Shown here piece after piece: positions 30,252 to 32,000 of a DNA stretch of 32,000 nucleotides. The notes beneath the pieces are model-generated. The model ran no database searches, was not told where the DNA came from, and worked only from the letters and a program-made list of their open reading frames with translations. Source of the stretch: Wallemia ichthyophaga EXF-994 (taxonomy: Eukaryota; Fungi; Basidiomycota); NCBI RefSeq assembly GCF_000400465.1, contig NW_008806276.1, positions 150,001 through 182,000 of the forward strand, given 5' to 3'. Numbering within the stretch: position 1 is the stretch's first letter; the number at the start of each line of letters is the position of its first letter. Both the position numbers and the translations under genes were made by a program.

Positions 30252-31771
30252 ATGGAATTAAAATTAGAGGATAAGGATAAGCAATCATCGAAGATTGTTG
30301 CAGAAGACACAAGGGTTGTCATCCGAACTCCAAAGGCCAACACTACGAAGAAGGCAAGCAGAAGTTGTAAAAGCTGTTTTAATAGAGGAAATTACGAGCC
30401 GATTGACTCAGTTGTGGGACATGAGACTCACCTCACCTATTACAGAATTGTCAGTTGCAGCATCAACATCGAAGGCTATGTGCACCTATCAGTCGTGTCT
30501 TCTCAACATGACAACAAGCTCATGAGCTTTGAGGGGAATCCATTGAATATGTCAATTGAGCAGGCGAGAGATTTCTTGCACGGATTGCGCGTTAAGGCTG
30601 GTGAGTTTGTCGCTGCCTTGTGTTGCCATGCTAATTAATAAAGGCATCCCTCGAGCAAGGAAGTTGAAGGTATTGGTCAATCCTGTAGGAGGCCAAGGAA
30701 ATGCAATCAGGTATTACAATGAAAGAGTCTTCCCTATTTTGAGATCATCTGGATGCACAGTAGATTTGCAAAGTAAGTTTATCAGATACTCATTCCGTTT
30801 CCTTCTAATAATCAAAAGTGCTGGAATACAAGTTACATGCTTTTGACATTGCTAAAGAAATGGATCTCTCTTATGACGCCATAGTCTGTGTTAGTGGAGA
30901 TGGTGCTGTACACGAAGTGCTAAACGGGTTCTTACACCACCAAAACCCAATCAAGGCAATACAAACACCACTTTGTCCAATCCCTGCTGGTTCTGGCAAC
31001 AGTCTGAGCTTGTGCTTGTTAGGTTTGGAGGAAGGGTTTGACATCAGCTTGGCAACACTCAACGCAATCAAAGGCCACGCCATGCCCTTGGATTTGTTCT
31101 CAATTATGCAAGGCAACAAGCGCACATTATCGTATCTCACTCAAGCCACTGGTTTAATGGCAGATTTAGATATCGGTACTGAGGATATGAGATGGCTGGG
31201 CGATACACGATTCGTAATTGGTTACGTGCGCTCTCTTGTCAGAAATGCGCCATGCCCCTGCGAAATCTACATCAAGGTAGAGCACGATGACAAAAATCAA
31301 ATGGTCAATTGGGTACGCGAAAGACATTTGGACACACCGGTTCCTGTACCTCAGTATACGGGAAGTGAGTTACCAAAAGTACAGTATCCAAATGGTCCTG
31401 AATTTGATTGGGAAAAGGTCTCCGATGACATCTCCTACCTATATGCTGGACAGGTGCCCTGGGTTAGCAGGGACTTGAAACAATTTCCCGTTTCCATGCC
31501 AAACGACGGCTTCATAGATGTTGCCGTTCAGCTGAATGTCTCACGTATGCAAAAGATAAAGGCTATGGATGGTGCCGAGAACGGTGCTATGTTCTTTGAC
31601 GATTCATTAAAGTACTACAAAGCTAAAGCTTATCACTTCAAACCATTACAAACCGATGGATATATCTCAATCGACGGAGAAAGTGCACCAATCCTGCCAT
31701 TCACAGTAGAAATAATGCCCAGCTTAGCAAGAGTATTATCCCCATATTATACCTGGAACAACCAATTTTAA
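30252..31771 (+). CDS. LCB4: Sphingoid long-chain base kinase, copy B; exons 30252 (or 30243)-30600, 30644-30772, 30819-31771
   Basis: LVNPVGGQG, VSGDGAVHEVLNG, PAGSGN and IDGE motifs; introns 30601-30643 and 30773-30818. The start codon is uncertain. Confidence 0.9.
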
Positions 31772-32000
31772 AACAGACAAGGACGATTAGAATCAAGAAC
31801 AATTTCGTGTAATTTTTTGACAACAAATTAAGCATTAAAAGTAAGTTGTGTGATCGGCATAAGTGATAAATAAAAATGAGTCATTGAAATCATAAGAAGC
31901 GAGTGAAATGATTGAGTAAAATGGGTAGAAAGAAGTGATTAGATTGAGCGATGTAAGTTAGTCCCGTTCTTTGTTTAATGAGCTTCGACTAAAGTTGGCA

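Noticed and set aside
31876-31884. Perfect Gcn4/AP-1-type site ATGAGTCAT
   Set aside because: A single site near the window edge, downstream of a gene, with no visible target.
1-32000. Prokaryote-type systems, CRISPR arrays, transposons, tRNA/rRNA
   Set aside because: The sequence is intron-containing fungal DNA. The only repeats are coding microsatellites and the kinase duplication; no transposase, RT or structural RNA signature was recognised.

Overview
Eukaryotic fungal DNA, very gene-dense, with short (43-70 nt) spliceosomal introns. Protein motifs look basidiomycete; a Wallemia-like compact genome is my inference only. I reconstructed 22 protein-coding genes by manual splicing: LAMMER kinase (3' part), a hidden 52-aa three-exon microprotein, AOS1, a DHDPS-family aldolase, VPS45, a METTL21-type methyltransferase, a Borealin-like protein, a ~1125-aa protein with a tandem histone-fold-like N-terminus, a small coiled-coil protein, GYP7, RMD5, a SEC2-like GEF, OST3/6, SNRNP27, aprataxin/HNT3, RPL16, MDM31, RPS3, a TTL-family ligase, STM1, DPH4 and, as a tandem pair, two sphingoid base kinases (23 counting both copies). 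I found no supportable tRNA, rRNA, transposon or CRISPR array, and no clearly novel multi-gene system. The best leads are: (1) the microprotein missing from the ORF track, 13 bp after the kinase stop and 42 bp before the AOS1 start; (2) extreme gene packing, with divergent start codons 17-67 bp apart; (3) about 10 of 33 introns ending in AAG rather than YAG; (4) the tandem kinase pair with a probable gene-conversion tract and an intron difference; (5) micro-exons and a start codon split by an intron; (6) the uncharacterised histone-fold-like protein. All exon structures and counts are by hand.
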